This document shows positions 9,056-18,528 of a DNA stretch of 64,000 nt, piece after piece. Both the position numbers and the translations under genes were made by a program. How positions within the stretch are numbered: position 1 is the stretch's first letter; each line of letters opens with the position of its first letter. The notes beneath the pieces are model-generated. The model saw only the letters and a program-made list of their open reading frames with translations, did no database searches and was not told the origin of the DNA. Source of the stretch: a virus (Duplodnaviria; Caudoviricetes); IMG/VR virus record IMGVR_UViG_3300033463_000038, positions 1-64,000 of that record. The stretch is one strand, 5' to 3'.

Positions 9056-9976
9056 ATGATTGAAAGAAACTTCGACAACTATTTCGACCAAATCAAGAAC
9101 GCAGCTGCCAAGAAGACGGGTAGCTCTTTTTCTATTGAGAACGAATTCGTTCCGACGATGGTGAACGGTGAATGTGAAGTCGTCCTCCGTCTGCTCCCGC
9201 AGCCGAAGACTGAAGCAGCTCCGTTTATCGAAAATCGTACTCACTCGTTCAAGGGAACCGATGGCAAGTGGCACGTGATCGACTGCCTCCGCAAGGCTGG
9301 TCACAAGTGCCCGATCTGCGATTGGAACTCTGAAGTCTTCAAGGCTTTCCCGAAGGAAAAGGCGAAAGACATTTCCAAGAAGAAAGCTAAGCGTCAGTTC
9401 GTTTCCAACGTCTACGTCGTCAAGAACACGGCAGCTCCTAACACTGAAGGAAAGATCTACCGCTTCAAGTACGGCATCCAGATCATGGAAAAGATCCTCG
9501 ACAAGATGGCTGACAAGACCGATCCTGATAAGGGTTTCATCAAGGGCGTCAACGTGTTCGATTACTACAATGGCGCTAACTTGATCTTCAAGGCTAAGGA
9601 AGGTGCATACGGTCCTAACCCTGAAGCGTCATACTTCGGTGACCAGAAGCCTATCTCTGACAAGAACAACAATCCGTTGTCCGAAGAGGAGGTACAGGAT
9701 ATCGACAACAACCTGTACGAACTCAAGCCGTGTGAAAAAGACACTAGCAACGAGACTTTCGTCGGCGTTCTCGACATCTTCGAAAAGTTCACTGAAGACA
9801 AGCTGTACAAGCGCGGCACTGACGCTGAAGGCAAGGCGACATTCGATCCGATCATTCCGGGCATCGACGGTGGAAACACTGCTGCTCTCAACGAATCGGT
9901 ACAGAGCGAAGCCGAACCTTACACGGAGAAGCCGTCATCTGAAGGGATCGACGATTTCTTGGATTCGTTGAAGTAG
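9056..9976 (+). CDS. gp32: single-stranded DNA-binding protein
   Basis: VLRLLP, HSFKG..GKW, C..CPIC zinc site, NVYVVK..PNTEGKIYRFKYG, GANL, acidic tail. Confidence 0.93.
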   Translation: MIERNFDNYFDQIKNAAAKKTGSSFSIENEFVPTMVNGECEVVLRLLPQPKTEAAPFIENRTHSFKGTDGKWHVIDCLRKAGHKCPICDWNSEVFKAFPKEKAKDISKKKAKRQFVSNVYVVKNTAAPNTEGKIYRFKYGIQIMEKILDKMADKTDPDKGFIKGVNVFDYYNGANLIFKAKEGAYGPNPEASYFGDQKPISDKNNNPLSEEEVQDIDNNLYELKPCEKDTSNETFVGVLDIFEKFTEDKLYKRGTDAEGKATFDPIIPGIDGGNTAALNESVQSEAEPYTEKPSSEGIDDFLDSLK

Positions 9977-10065
9977 TAAAGATTTCTTTACAATAGAACT
10001 GGTTGGGCGCTCGTCGTAACTCATAATCTCCTTTACTGTTAATCTAGAGCGTCCACGAAGTGAAT

Positions 10066-10099
10066 AAGCTGCAGAGAGTCAAATTTCTGCAGCTTTTCT
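10066..10099 (+). terminator. intrinsic terminator after gp32
   Basis: AAGCTGCAGAGA-gtcaaa-TTTCTGCAGCTT-ttct. Confidence 0.8.
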
Positions 10100-10111
10100 C
10101 AAGAAACTCTA

Positions 10112-10140
10112 TTTAGAAAACGCTAGAAAATTCCTATATT
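10112..10140 (+). promoter_or_regulatory. early promoter
   Basis: TTTAGA-N17-TATATT. Confidence 0.75.
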
Positions 10141-10172
10141 TTATTTGTAACTTTCACCAAAAGAGGTCAAAA

Positions 10173-11069
10173 ATGGATCTTAAAGACCGTAACTTGAGAA
10201 TTCTCAATTTCACATCTTGGAGCGTCAACGGCGCAATCTCGTCTGTAATTCTCAAAGCGTATTACAAGAACTGCAAAACTTACTTCATGTCGTATCGCCG
10301 TCCTGATGATATGACTGCGACTATGATCCAAGAAGGCGACAAGATCGACGCTGTGATCTTCACGAACATCGCTCCGACACAGAGCCGCGACTTCGTCAAG
10401 AATTTCAAGAAGCCAGTCGTAATCTTCGACCATCACGAGAACGCTAACTGGTGGAAGAGTCTTGGCAACAAGGACTACCACGTCAATCAGGACTACTCGG
10501 GCGCTATGATGGTCTACATGTACTACAAGCGCTTCATGGCCGATCTCGAACGCTACTACGACGTTACGCTTCTCGCAGATGACTTCGAACTGTGGAAGTT
10601 GAAGGATCCACGCTCGTTCCACTTCAACACTCTGTTCTGGAAGTCCGACAATCCGTATACATTCATCAAGCGCTGGTCTGCTGGTGGAAAGCTCGCTTTG
10701 ACTCAAGCTGAGAAGGACATTCTCACAGAGCACGTTCGTGACTGGAAGCTCTATTACGAGTCTCTCGCACAGCTCAAGCTCGGCTATAACGGCCGAATGA
10801 TCACGGCGAACGAATATCAGGCAGAGATCAGCAAGCAGATGGACTTGGAAGGAGTAAACTACTTCTTGCTCTACCATCCGAAGTCCAACTACATCACTCT
10901 CCGTTCCTGCACTGCCGTAATCGACTGCAAGGAAATTCTGGAGAAGATGAACGTATTTACCGCACAGAGCAATGTCGGCGTCATTCCGTGCAAGAATCTG
11001 GACGAAGCTAAGACGATCTGTGCTCAAGTCGAAAAGAACGTTTTGGCTCACGTGCCGAAGGAAGCATAA
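10173..11069 (+). CDS. DHH-family phosphoesterase-like protein (degenerate)
   Basis: IFDHH, SGAMMVY, DDFELW, TLRS; motif I DxD replaced. Confidence 0.65.
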   Translation: MDLKDRNLRILNFTSWSVNGAISSVILKAYYKNCKTYFMSYRRPDDMTATMIQEGDKIDAVIFTNIAPTQSRDFVKNFKKPVVIFDHHENANWWKSLGNKDYHVNQDYSGAMMVYMYYKRFMADLERYYDVTLLADDFELWKLKDPRSFHFNTLFWKSDNPYTFIKRWSAGGKLALTQAEKDILTEHVRDWKLYYESLAQLKLGYNGRMITANEYQAEISKQMDLEGVNYFLLYHPKSNYITLRSCTAVIDCKEILEKMNVFTAQSNVGVIPCKNLDEAKTICAQVEKNVLAHVPKEA

Positions 11070-11080
11070 ATAGAACTACT

Positions 11081-12184
11081 ATGTTCGAAATTGATGACCA
11101 GACAAAGACTTTTGTACTCGAGAAGTACATCCGTCGTGCGGTCGATACGGTCCGCCATAAGGGCCGTGGACGCGAGATCAAGGTGAACTGTCCATTCTGC
11201 GGAGACAAGGACTTAAAGGGCACTCTATGGCTCACTAACACCTATCGTTGGTGCTATACGTGCTGGAGAGCCTCTTGCCGTTGCGCTGATCACGGAATTC
11301 TCGCTACAAAGTGGCTGAAGGAAGTCAACTCGAGCCTCTACGACCAGTATGTCGAAGAGCTGAAGTCTTACGGAAAGAAAGACAAGAAAGAAGTCGATGC
11401 GCTGAAGGCTATTATCGAACGCAAGAGAGCAGATGACCTGATCAAAGAGAAACAGGATCTTCAGCGAGCGATCGAGAAGGACCGCAAGGCGACACGATTC
11501 TTCAAGAAGATCGACAAGCCAGGCAAGTACCAGTTGGCTGCTATTCACTTCTGCAAGAGCCGCTTGATTCCCGAAGATGTTTGGAAGCGCTTCTACTACT
11601 GCGACGAAGACAAGTATCGCGGACGCGTGATCATTCCGTTCTACGACAAGGACGGTAAGATCGAATTCTTCCAAGGACGCACCTTGGAAAAGGATAACGA
11701 CGTCAAGTACCTGTCTAGAGTCGGAAGCACTGCACTCTACAACTGGGACTTCGTGGACAAAGAGAAGCCAATCGCAATTCTCGAAGGCCCGATCAACAGC
11801 ATGTTCGTCGAGAACTCAACTGCAACTGTCGGCGCTGGATCCTCTTGCGAGATCGACGACAAGCTCAAGAACCTGAACTGCTGGTTTATCTTCGACAACG
11901 ACAAAGGTGGCCGAAAGAACGCTTGGAAGAGAGTCAATCAGGGACGCCCAGTCTTCATGTGGAGCTCTTTCATTTTCGACTACAATCTACCTACGGACAT
12001 CAACGATATCAACGACGTCGTAATGTACCTGAAGAGACGAAAGAAGTTCACAGTAGAAGAGCTGAGACGCTATTTTACACGCTATCCCGACCAGTACAAG
12101 GCGCTCGAACTAGCTAAGGTGAAGGAAGATCCTCCATTGCTGCAGAGAGACGATACGCCCGAAGTGGATGAGGAAGAAGACTAA
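11081..12184 (+). CDS. gp61: DNA primase
   Basis: CPFCGD...CW..C zinc domain, RVIIPFYD, FQGR, LEGPINSMF, FDND TOPRIM. Confidence 0.92.
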   Translation: MFEIDDQTKTFVLEKYIRRAVDTVRHKGRGREIKVNCPFCGDKDLKGTLWLTNTYRWCYTCWRASCRCADHGILATKWLKEVNSSLYDQYVEELKSYGKKDKKEVDALKAIIERKRADDLIKEKQDLQRAIEKDRKATRFFKKIDKPGKYQLAAIHFCKSRLIPEDVWKRFYYCDEDKYRGRVIIPFYDKDGKIEFFQGRTLEKDNDVKYLSRVGSTALYNWDFVDKEKPIAILEGPINSMFVENSTATVGAGSSCEIDDKLKNLNCWFIFDNDKGGRKNAWKRVNQGRPVFMWSSFIFDYNLPTDINDINDVVMYLKRRKKFTVEELRRYFTRYPDQYKALELAKVKEDPPLLQRDDTPEVDEEED

Positions 12185-12195
12185 AAGGAGAAACG

Positions 12196-12438
12196 ATGAA
12201 CACAGACATCTACATCGAATATGACGAAGCTCTCGCTGACAGAGTCGCGATAGAAAAGCTGAACAGGACTACTATCGAAGACCTAGCGAAGAGAGATCAA
12301 TCCGTAGCTAAGTGGGTCGTAAAGACTGGCAGCTGGCGCAACAAGTGCAAGCTCCTCAGGATGGAAAAGCCGTGGTCTGCCACTAAGACCATCTTCGTAG
12401 CTACTCTCAAGAAACCGACCTACAAGAAAGTCAAGTGA
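12196..12438 (+). CDS. hypothetical protein
   Basis: AAGGAG SD, followed by terminator. Confidence 0.75.
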   Translation: MNTDIYIEYDEALADRVAIEKLNRTTIEDLAKRDQSVAKWVVKTGSWRNKCKLLRMEKPWSATKTIFVATLKKPTYKKVK

Positions 12439-12457
12439 AGAGTCTCCTGCATGCCAA

Positions 12458-12491
12458 AGAGACTGGGTCTCGCAAGAGTCCAGTCTTTTTT
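12458..12491 (+). terminator. intrinsic terminator
   Basis: AAGAGACTGG...CCAGTCTTTT + T-run. Confidence 0.65.
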
Positions 12492-12504
12492 GTGTAAATA
12501 CTTT

Positions 12505-13035
12505 ATGTCAGTATTTGCGAAAAACTACTATCAGGGAACTTTCGTTCCTAAGCATCCAGAGAAGTGCCTGAACTTCAACGGAAAACTATACCCTGACAAG
12601 ACGCTTCCGATCACGTACAGAAGCTCATGGGAGCAGATCATGTGCAACTTCTGCGACATGCAGGTGAATATACTGTCATGGGGATCTGAAGTCGTAGAGA
12701 TTCCTTACTACTCACAGATAGACAATCGCAGCCACAAGTACATCTTAGACTTTCTCATCATCCTGAGGGACAAGTCGGGAAAGATACAGAAATACGCTGT
12801 CGAGGTGAAGCCAGACAATCAGGCTGAGAAGCTTGACGCTAACGGCAACGTGATCTACCCTCCAGCTCCGAAGAGAAAGACGCAGAGAGCTTTAGCGAAA
12901 TGGCAGGAGAAGTGCCAAGTGATACGTAGAAACGCTGAGAAGTGGGAAGCAGCAAAAGTATGGGCAGCTAAGCGTGGATTCACGTTCAGGGCTATCACTG
13001 AGAACGAGATCTTCGGACTCGTAAAGAATCAATAG
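12505..13035 (+). CDS. gp4: head completion protein / TnsA-like nuclease
   Basis: YYQG.F.PKHPEK, YRSSWE, WGSE, IPY, DF, EVKP, KWEAA; start reassigned to ATG 12505. Confidence 0.9.
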   Translation: MSVFAKNYYQGTFVPKHPEKCLNFNGKLYPDKTLPITYRSSWEQIMCNFCDMQVNILSWGSEVVEIPYYSQIDNRSHKYILDFLIILRDKSGKIQKYAVEVKPDNQAEKLDANGNVIYPPAPKRKTQRALAKWQEKCQVIRRNAEKWEAAKVWAAKRGFTFRAITENEIFGLVKNQ

Positions 13036-13040
13036 CGGTC

Positions 13041-13048
13041 TATAAATA
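13041..13048 (+). promoter_or_regulatory. T4-type late promoter (also at 15545, 16521, 30453, 39234, 42880, 44675, 51394, 53702, 55183, 55684, 63553)
   Basis: TATAAATA immediately upstream of (mostly structural) genes; gp55-like sigma encoded in window. Confidence 0.85.
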
Positions 13049-13069
13049 TCTCATAAAGGAAATATACCT

Positions 13070-14683
13070 ATGAATCTGAACTTTCTAAACTTTCTAAGCA
13101 GCAATTTCTTGAAGAACGAAGAGGACGCCCAGACACTTCGTGAACTTGAAGCTAGGAACAACTCTATCGGTCTCGATGAAGACCAGACGAACTGGAGCGC
13201 TGCAGCTGGCGGTTGGGGATCTAGGTCTGGAGACTCTGTAAATCCCGACCAGCAGTCAATCTTGTTCGATGAAGTGTTCGAGAGCAAGAAACAGCGTATC
13301 GCATTCTATCGCAGCATGTTCAACTATCCTCTCGTCAAGAAGGCCATTCTAGTGATGGTCAACGAGATGTGCAAGCCTAACGCAGACAACGAAGTCGCTA
13401 CGTTCAACATCACTAAAGCGTTCGCAGACCAGTTCAACAAGACTGAGTACAAATCTCTCAAGAAAGAGTTCGACTACGTGATCAACTGCGTATTCGGAGG
13501 AAGCAGCAAGATCAGAAATCTAGTCAAGAGATGGTTAGTCGACGGTCAGCAGTTTATCGAGAACTGCAGCAACGATGACGGAAGTAAGCTAGTCGGCATC
13601 AAGGTCCTTCCAGCATACTGCTCGCTAGTCGTATATGAAGAGGGCGTAGCGACTGGATATGTTCAAGATCCTAGAATGATCGATCTTCAGGCTACTGGAG
13701 AAATCAAGAGATTCACGCTCGATCAAGTATCTTATTCCGACTATGGACAGTGGGGAACTAACCGAAACGATGTTCGCGGTCATCTTGATGCCGCTATCAG
13801 ACCGCTAAACCAGCTGAGAGCTATTGAAGACGCTCTGACGGTCACTAGAATCAACAGAGCTCCTGAAAGAAGACTGTGGAACGTGTTCATCGGCCGTGCT
13901 AACGACGCTAAAGCGACAGCAATGGTCAACGACGTCAAGAACAAGTACAGAAAGACCCTGACGATCAACCCGGTCACTGGCGTCATCGAGAGCTCAAAGA
14001 ACGTCCAGAGTTTCACTGAAGACATCTTCGTTGGAAAGACAGACCAGGGCCAGGGAACTACCGTCGAACCGATCAAGTCTTCGACAGAGTTCAACGGACA
14101 GATGGACGACGTCAAGATGTTCCAGCAGCAGGTCATGGACGCACTGCTGTTCCCAGCACAGCGTTGGGCTAATCCGGAAGGAGGAACTCAGGCATCTCTA
14201 TCACCTGAACAAGAGATCAACGAGATCACGTTCCAGGAGATGTGTAGAGAACTCGCTCAGAAATACTGCGACGAGATCATCAAGCACACGTTCCTCGTGC
14301 ACCTAAAGATGGTAGGCTTCAAGAAGAAATATCTTGATCCAGCTCTATACAACATCTCTCTGAACGGAGCTAACAACTTCGAAAAGATCAGACAGATAGC
14401 TGTATGGGAGAAGATGGGCGGGCTGCTCAGTCAGCTTCAAACTATGCTGCCTTCTCTTGCTAACGCTAAAGCAGACTCCGAAGAGCCAAAGCCTCTCATC
14501 TCTAAGCAGTACATGTACAGCTCTATCCTCAATATGTCGGATTCTGATATTCTCAAGAATCAGCAGTGGATCCAGGAGGAGTCGGATGCTCTACTAGACG
14601 CTGCTAAGGCTGCAAAGGACGAATCTGCGCCAGAAGATGAAGATGAAGATCTCTCTGGAGAGGATGACGATATCGGCTTCTAG
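13070..14683 (+). CDS. gp20: portal protein
   Basis: YRSM, WLVDG, HLDAAIRPLNQLRAIEDAL..TRINRAPERR, ED..DDV..FQ...AL..P..R. Confidence 0.93.
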   Translation: MNLNFLNFLSSNFLKNEEDAQTLRELEARNNSIGLDEDQTNWSAAAGGWGSRSGDSVNPDQQSILFDEVFESKKQRIAFYRSMFNYPLVKKAILVMVNEMCKPNADNEVATFNITKAFADQFNKTEYKSLKKEFDYVINCVFGGSSKIRNLVKRWLVDGQQFIENCSNDDGSKLVGIKVLPAYCSLVVYEEGVATGYVQDPRMIDLQATGEIKRFTLDQVSYSDYGQWGTNRNDVRGHLDAAIRPLNQLRAIEDALTVTRINRAPERRLWNVFIGRANDAKATAMVNDVKNKYRKTLTINPVTGVIESSKNVQSFTEDIFVGKTDQGQGTTVEPIKSSTEFNGQMDDVKMFQQQVMDALLFPAQRWANPEGGTQASLSPEQEINEITFQEMCRELAQKYCDEIIKHTFLVHLKMVGFKKKYLDPALYNISLNGANNFEKIRQIAVWEKMGGLLSQLQTMLPSLANAKADSEEPKPLISKQYMYSSILNMSDSDILKNQQWIQEESDALLDAAKAAKDESAPEDEDEDLSGEDDDIGF

Positions 14684-14704
14684 TCCGATGTATAGAGGGA
14701 TCGA

Positions 14705-15436
14705 ATGAGATACTCGATCAAAGACGTCAAGAGAATCTATGACTTCTTCGATCGAGATTTCTTTTTGCGAAATTTTGGTAAGAAACTAGGAAAATCCAAA
14801 ATAACGACTGACATATCGACTGCACAAAACTGGTTCGGAGAAGAAGACTTCGAAAACTCTAGCGGACTGTCGTACTCAGAAGACGGAGAACAGCTTATCT
14901 ACGTGAACCGGTTTCTTCTCGACAACTTGAGGCCTCTCGCCAACACGATTCTTCACGAAATGATACATATCTACGACTGGCGGGAGAATCCTCACAGAAG
15001 ATCGTATAGAAAATCTCATGGCGCCTTCTGGACTAGAGTTTCCCAGATCGCTAACGAACGCTATGAGAAGAGAATCGGAAAGATAGAGCAATACAGCACA
15101 GATCTTGAGCTTGAGAAGATGAGCAGATCAAGACTAATACACAGCACTAAGTCCTTGTCCAACGCGTACATAGTGATACTGCAGTCTGGAGCGAAAGTCC
15201 CCATAAAGACGCTGAATGCCGTCCAAATTGAGCGAATTAAGCACACTTCTGCCGTCGCAGTGTATCGAGTTCACTCAAATCTTTCCCAGACGAAAACGAA
15301 TCGAGTGAAGAAGTTCTTAAATTTCAATAAGCTTCTGGAGACCATCGAGGCCAATCCAGCAGTGCTAGACGAGCTTGATATTGACCTGAACGAACAAGCA
15401 GATGCAATCTTCACAAAGTTGTCAGTTTCTCTTTAA
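14705..15436 (+). CDS. SprT-like zinc metalloprotease
   Basis: TILHEMIH...HG.FW. Confidence 0.75.
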   Translation: MRYSIKDVKRIYDFFDRDFFLRNFGKKLGKSKITTDISTAQNWFGEEDFENSSGLSYSEDGEQLIYVNRFLLDNLRPLANTILHEMIHIYDWRENPHRRSYRKSHGAFWTRVSQIANERYEKRIGKIEQYSTDLELEKMSRSRLIHSTKSLSNAYIVILQSGAKVPIKTLNAVQIERIKHTSAVAVYRVHSNLSQTKTNRVKKFLNFNKLLETIEANPAVLDELDIDLNEQADAIFTKLSVSL

Positions 15437-15489
15437 GAGAAAAACATAATTTAATCAAGTAAAATATCATAAAAATATAGAAATAAGGG

Positions 15490-15518
15490 TTTAGAAGCTG
15501 TCACAAACATAGTATATT
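15490..15518 (+). promoter_or_regulatory. early promoter (followed by a late TATAAATA at 15545)
   Basis: gggTTTAGA-N17-TATATT. Confidence 0.75.
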
Positions 15519-15578
15519 GACATAAGTTAACTCTCCTAAAAAGGTATAAATAAGCTATAACTTTAAGGAAGAGCTAAC

Positions 15579-15872
15579 ATGACTACAATGACAGTCGACA
15601 CTCTAGATATGGTAAAACTCAAAGACGGCTCACACAACTGTGTAGCGATCTTCAAAGCTACACTGAACGGCATTTTCCGCATCACTGGCGTAAAGCTGTT
15701 CAATGACCCGCAGATGGGGAAATGGTGGCTGAAGTTCCCTGTGAACGAAAGCAACCACAAGCGACTTCCCTTCTTCTCGTTCGTGAATCGCGAGGATTAT
15801 CAGCATCTCCTAGAGTGCGCGAAGAACGAATTCTTGGGTGACTCGGATGAAGAAGAAACATACGTGGGCTAA
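15579..15872 (+). CDS. SpoVG-like nucleic-acid-binding protein
   Basis: A.F.ATLNG.FRITGVKL...G.W.L.FP pattern; 97 aa. Confidence 0.55.
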   Translation: MTTMTVDTLDMVKLKDGSHNCVAIFKATLNGIFRITGVKLFNDPQMGKWWLKFPVNESNHKRLPFFSFVNREDYQHLLECAKNEFLGDSDEEETYVG

Positions 15873-16179
15873 CGCCATTCCAAAGACCCGTCGCGAGAAA
15901 GACGTGATGAGGATGATAAAGAATCCGGCCGAGTGCAAGCGCATGATGGACTTGCTCGGTACCGCGACAAAAGTTACTGAAAACCTAAACAAGTTCGAAA
16001 CCGACAAGTTCAAGACGGTCGATGAGATAGTCTTGTTCGTGTCTACACATCTCTCTGATGAGTTTCCTCAGAAGGAAATTCTACAAGAAGAGCTGAAAAG
16101 CTTAGTGGAGAGATATGAAGAACGAATCATACTTGCAGAAGGAAACGATAAAGGTGCCCCAGTTTGTTGTGGGCGGTGA
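15838..16179 (+). CDS. hypothetical protein (start uncertain)
   Basis: ORF track; overlaps both neighbours. Confidence 0.55.
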   Translation: MTRMKKKHTWANAIPKTRREKDVMRMIKNPAECKRMMDLLGTATKVTENLNKFETDKFKTVDEIVLFVSTHLSDEFPQKEILQEELKSLVERYEERIILAEGNDKGAPVCCGR

Positions 16180-16525
16180 ATACCAGGACGAAAAGGGGAA
16201 CGACTATCGGGTTCTGTCCATAACGGGCGACTTGATGGAAGCTAAATTCAACTTCGTCAAGAAAAAGTTCAAGATTGTGCCCTGGGGTTCGACTATGGCT
16301 GCCGTGAATTGCGGAAGGGTCTGGTTCAAGAGCGCTGCTAACAATCCTGCGCTGCTTGAAGAGGACGAGAGCTGCAACATCATCCAGCGTGGAAAGTACA
16401 ACACCCTGAAGAAGATGACCCCAGAAGAAAAGAAACTCTACCGTCGTGAGCGTGCTAGAAAGCGTCGCAAAGCGAGACGTGAGGCTGCAAAGGCTGCTAA
16501 AGCCGAAGCAGAAAACAGCGTATAA
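16115..16525 (+). CDS. hypothetical protein with basic C-terminus
   Basis: GGAG SD; R/K-rich tail. Confidence 0.7.
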   Translation: MKNESYLQKETIKVPQFVVGGEYQDEKGNDYRVLSITGDLMEAKFNFVKKKFKIVPWGSTMAAVNCGRVWFKSAANNPALLEEDESCNIIQRGKYNTLKKMTPEEKKLYRRERARKRRKARREAAKAAKAEAENSV

Positions 16526-16565
16526 ATAACACAGAAGATACTCTACACACAGAGGAACAACTAAC

Positions 16566-17531
16566 ATGGCATTTCATGATTTCTTAGAAAGTCAGAGAAA
16601 CCCCGCTCCACAGAGAGAGCCTCAGTTCGAGGTAGACGAAGGGGACAACTATGAGGAAAAAGAACCTCGGCGCGAGCGTAAGTCGAGCCGTGAACGCTTC
16701 GACGACGAAGATTCTAAAGTACTTGACGAAGTAGAATTCTACAAGGAGCGTCTGTACAAGAAGATCGATTCCTGCTTCATCCGTTATGGCCTAGCGGGCC
16801 TTAAGAAGATCGATGAGGGCATCGCAGATTCTCTCGCTAGGTACATCGACAGTCTCAAGGGTGGAAGATACTACGAAGACAGACCTCAGTACTCACGTCC
16901 GTTTCCTAGCTACCGTCGTCCTCAGGAAAGAGCACGTTACAGAGAAGATGAGCTCGACGATCTCGATGAAGCAGAGGAAAGTCTGCCACGCAGTCCAGAG
17001 TCGAAGCCAGCGCCAAAGCCGTTCAAGAAGCCAGTCAAGATCGAAGGATCTAACCCGAATCCTGTTCCTAAGAGAGCCGGTGAGCCGAACCTTCAGGCTG
17101 GCGTATACAATCCAGAGCTGCTCAACGCTATCCTAACGGACGTGATTCCGCCGACCGAGATTCATCAGGTCGAGATTCACAGCAACATTCCAGTTCCGCA
17201 GAAGAAACAGCAAGCTGCACCGCAGAATGTTGACTTCGCACCGCTTCCTGAAGAGATGCAGGAGCAAGAACAGCCGCAGGAAGATACATACGAGCAGCCC
17301 GTCGAGACCTATCAGGCGCCGCAGCAAGCTGAATCGAGCAACTTCGATCTAGCAGATGTGATGCTCGCTGGCGCTGGAAACACCGACGTGAGCTTGATCG
17401 TTCCTCCGACCATCGAAGAGCCAACATCTGAGAACTTCGTATCAGACGCTGATCTCGATGCTCCGATCGTCGAGTCAGAGAAGCAGACGCCTATCGAGAT
17501 GCCTGCACCGAAGAGAAGAAAGAAGAAGTAA
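16566..17531 (+). CDS. late, low-complexity (P/E/Q-rich) protein
   Basis: TATAAATA at 16521, GAGG SD. Confidence 0.75.
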   Translation: MAFHDFLESQRNPAPQREPQFEVDEGDNYEEKEPRRERKSSRERFDDEDSKVLDEVEFYKERLYKKIDSCFIRYGLAGLKKIDEGIADSLARYIDSLKGGRYYEDRPQYSRPFPSYRRPQERARYREDELDDLDEAEESLPRSPESKPAPKPFKKPVKIEGSNPNPVPKRAGEPNLQAGVYNPELLNAILTDVIPPTEIHQVEIHSNIPVPQKKQQAAPQNVDFAPLPEEMQEQEQPQEDTYEQPVETYQAPQQAESSNFDLADVMLAGAGNTDVSLIVPPTIEEPTSENFVSDADLDAPIVESEKQTPIEMPAPKRRKKK

Positions 17532-17728
17532 TGAGCGAGATAACGTTAGAAGAGCTAGAGAATCAACCCTTCGTACAGGCCCACAAGGACTTGTACAAGG
17601 TAGCTCTTGAGCGTGGAAAATACTCAGACAAAGCATTCTGGGACGATCTTGACAGCGACGTTCGAGATTCAGTGAAAGAACAGCTCAGAAAGTACGGAAG
17701 TAAGCCAGTTTGGAGGATGCTGAAGTGA
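17531..17728 (+). CDS. hypothetical protein
   Basis: TAATG coupling. Confidence 0.65.
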   Translation: MSEITLEELENQPFVQAHKDLYKVALERGKYSDKAFWDDLDSDVRDSVKEQLRKYGSKPVWRMLK

Positions 17729-18270
17729 TGGAAGTGCTAAACAAGTGTTTTGAGCGCCTAGAAGAGGCCTCTGCGGGAGACAACAAGCACTTCCTTGAGA
17801 AACTACAGCGTAACTGCAAAATGGCCGTAGCAGCGATGGAAAGCGATAATGTCATCAGTGAAGCTCAGAATGACTTGAAGAGCTTGAAGGCTATGAACAA
17901 GAAGATATCGATGTCGACTCACTCGAGAAGCATCGACAACGTTCTTGTCTACATCTTTCTGAAGAATCTCATGACTGTACCTTCGACTACGAAAGCCTAC
18001 AAGCTCGGCCTGATCGACAAAGACGGAAAGCTTCTCCGTGAGCCGAAGACTCCTGAAGAGAACGACTGTATCTCTAACTTGGATCTCTTCACTGCTCAGT
18101 TGAGAAAGTGGATGCGTCCTTACATGAACAGGCTATCGAAGATGTCTTGGGTACGCTCGATGGACTCTAACTACCGCATTCAGAATGCTCTAGGAAACTC
18201 TGACAGCTTATCTAAGCGTGCAACTGTGATGCGTGTCAACGACGAGCTCGATCGTATACTGGAGGGCTGA
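17728..18270 (+). CDS. conserved T4-like phage hypothetical protein
   Basis: AYKLGLIDKDGKLLREPKTPEE motif recalled from T4-like phages; TGATG coupling. Confidence 0.65.
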   Translation: MEVLNKCFERLEEASAGDNKHFLEKLQRNCKMAVAAMESDNVISEAQNDLKSLKAMNKKISMSTHSRSIDNVLVYIFLKNLMTVPSTTKAYKLGLIDKDGKLLREPKTPEENDCISNLDLFTAQLRKWMRPYMNRLSKMSWVRSMDSNYRIQNALGNSDSLSKRATVMRVNDELDRILEG

Positions 18271-18271
18271 G

Positions 18272-18493
18272 ATGGGCTGTCCAGTCTGTGAGAGCGCTTA
18301 TAAGCAGTACGGATTCACTCTTCGTGAAGGTATGCATTGCTACACTGCTAGCGAGAAAGCTTGCTGTCCCAAGAAAGTCACTGTTACAGCATTCACGTCG
18401 CAAGAAGTGAAATTTACGACTAAAGACGGCGTAGAGCACTCGAAGCCGTTCTTAGAGTTCATGAAGTCGTCTTGGATCGACCGTAGCTTCTAA
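18272..18493 (+). CDS. small Cys-rich hypothetical protein
   Basis: GGAGG SD; MGCPVC. Confidence 0.65.
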   Translation: MGCPVCESAYKQYGFTLREGMHCYTASEKACCPKKVTVTAFTSQEVKFTTKDGVEHSKPFLEFMKSSWIDRSF

Positions 18494-18528
18494 AAAGACT
18501 ATATTTCCGCAGTCTCGATAAATAACGT

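Noticed and set aside
10167-11051. Long antisense ORFs (also 5305-5889, 25136-25843, 31344-32147, 35980-36684, 36826-37566)
   Set aside because: Shadow frames of strongly codon-biased genes; no SD, promoter or recognisable motifs
12505-13035. Tn7 TnsA transposase
   Set aside because: Motifs and position before the portal fit T4 gp4; no tnsB/C or transposon ends
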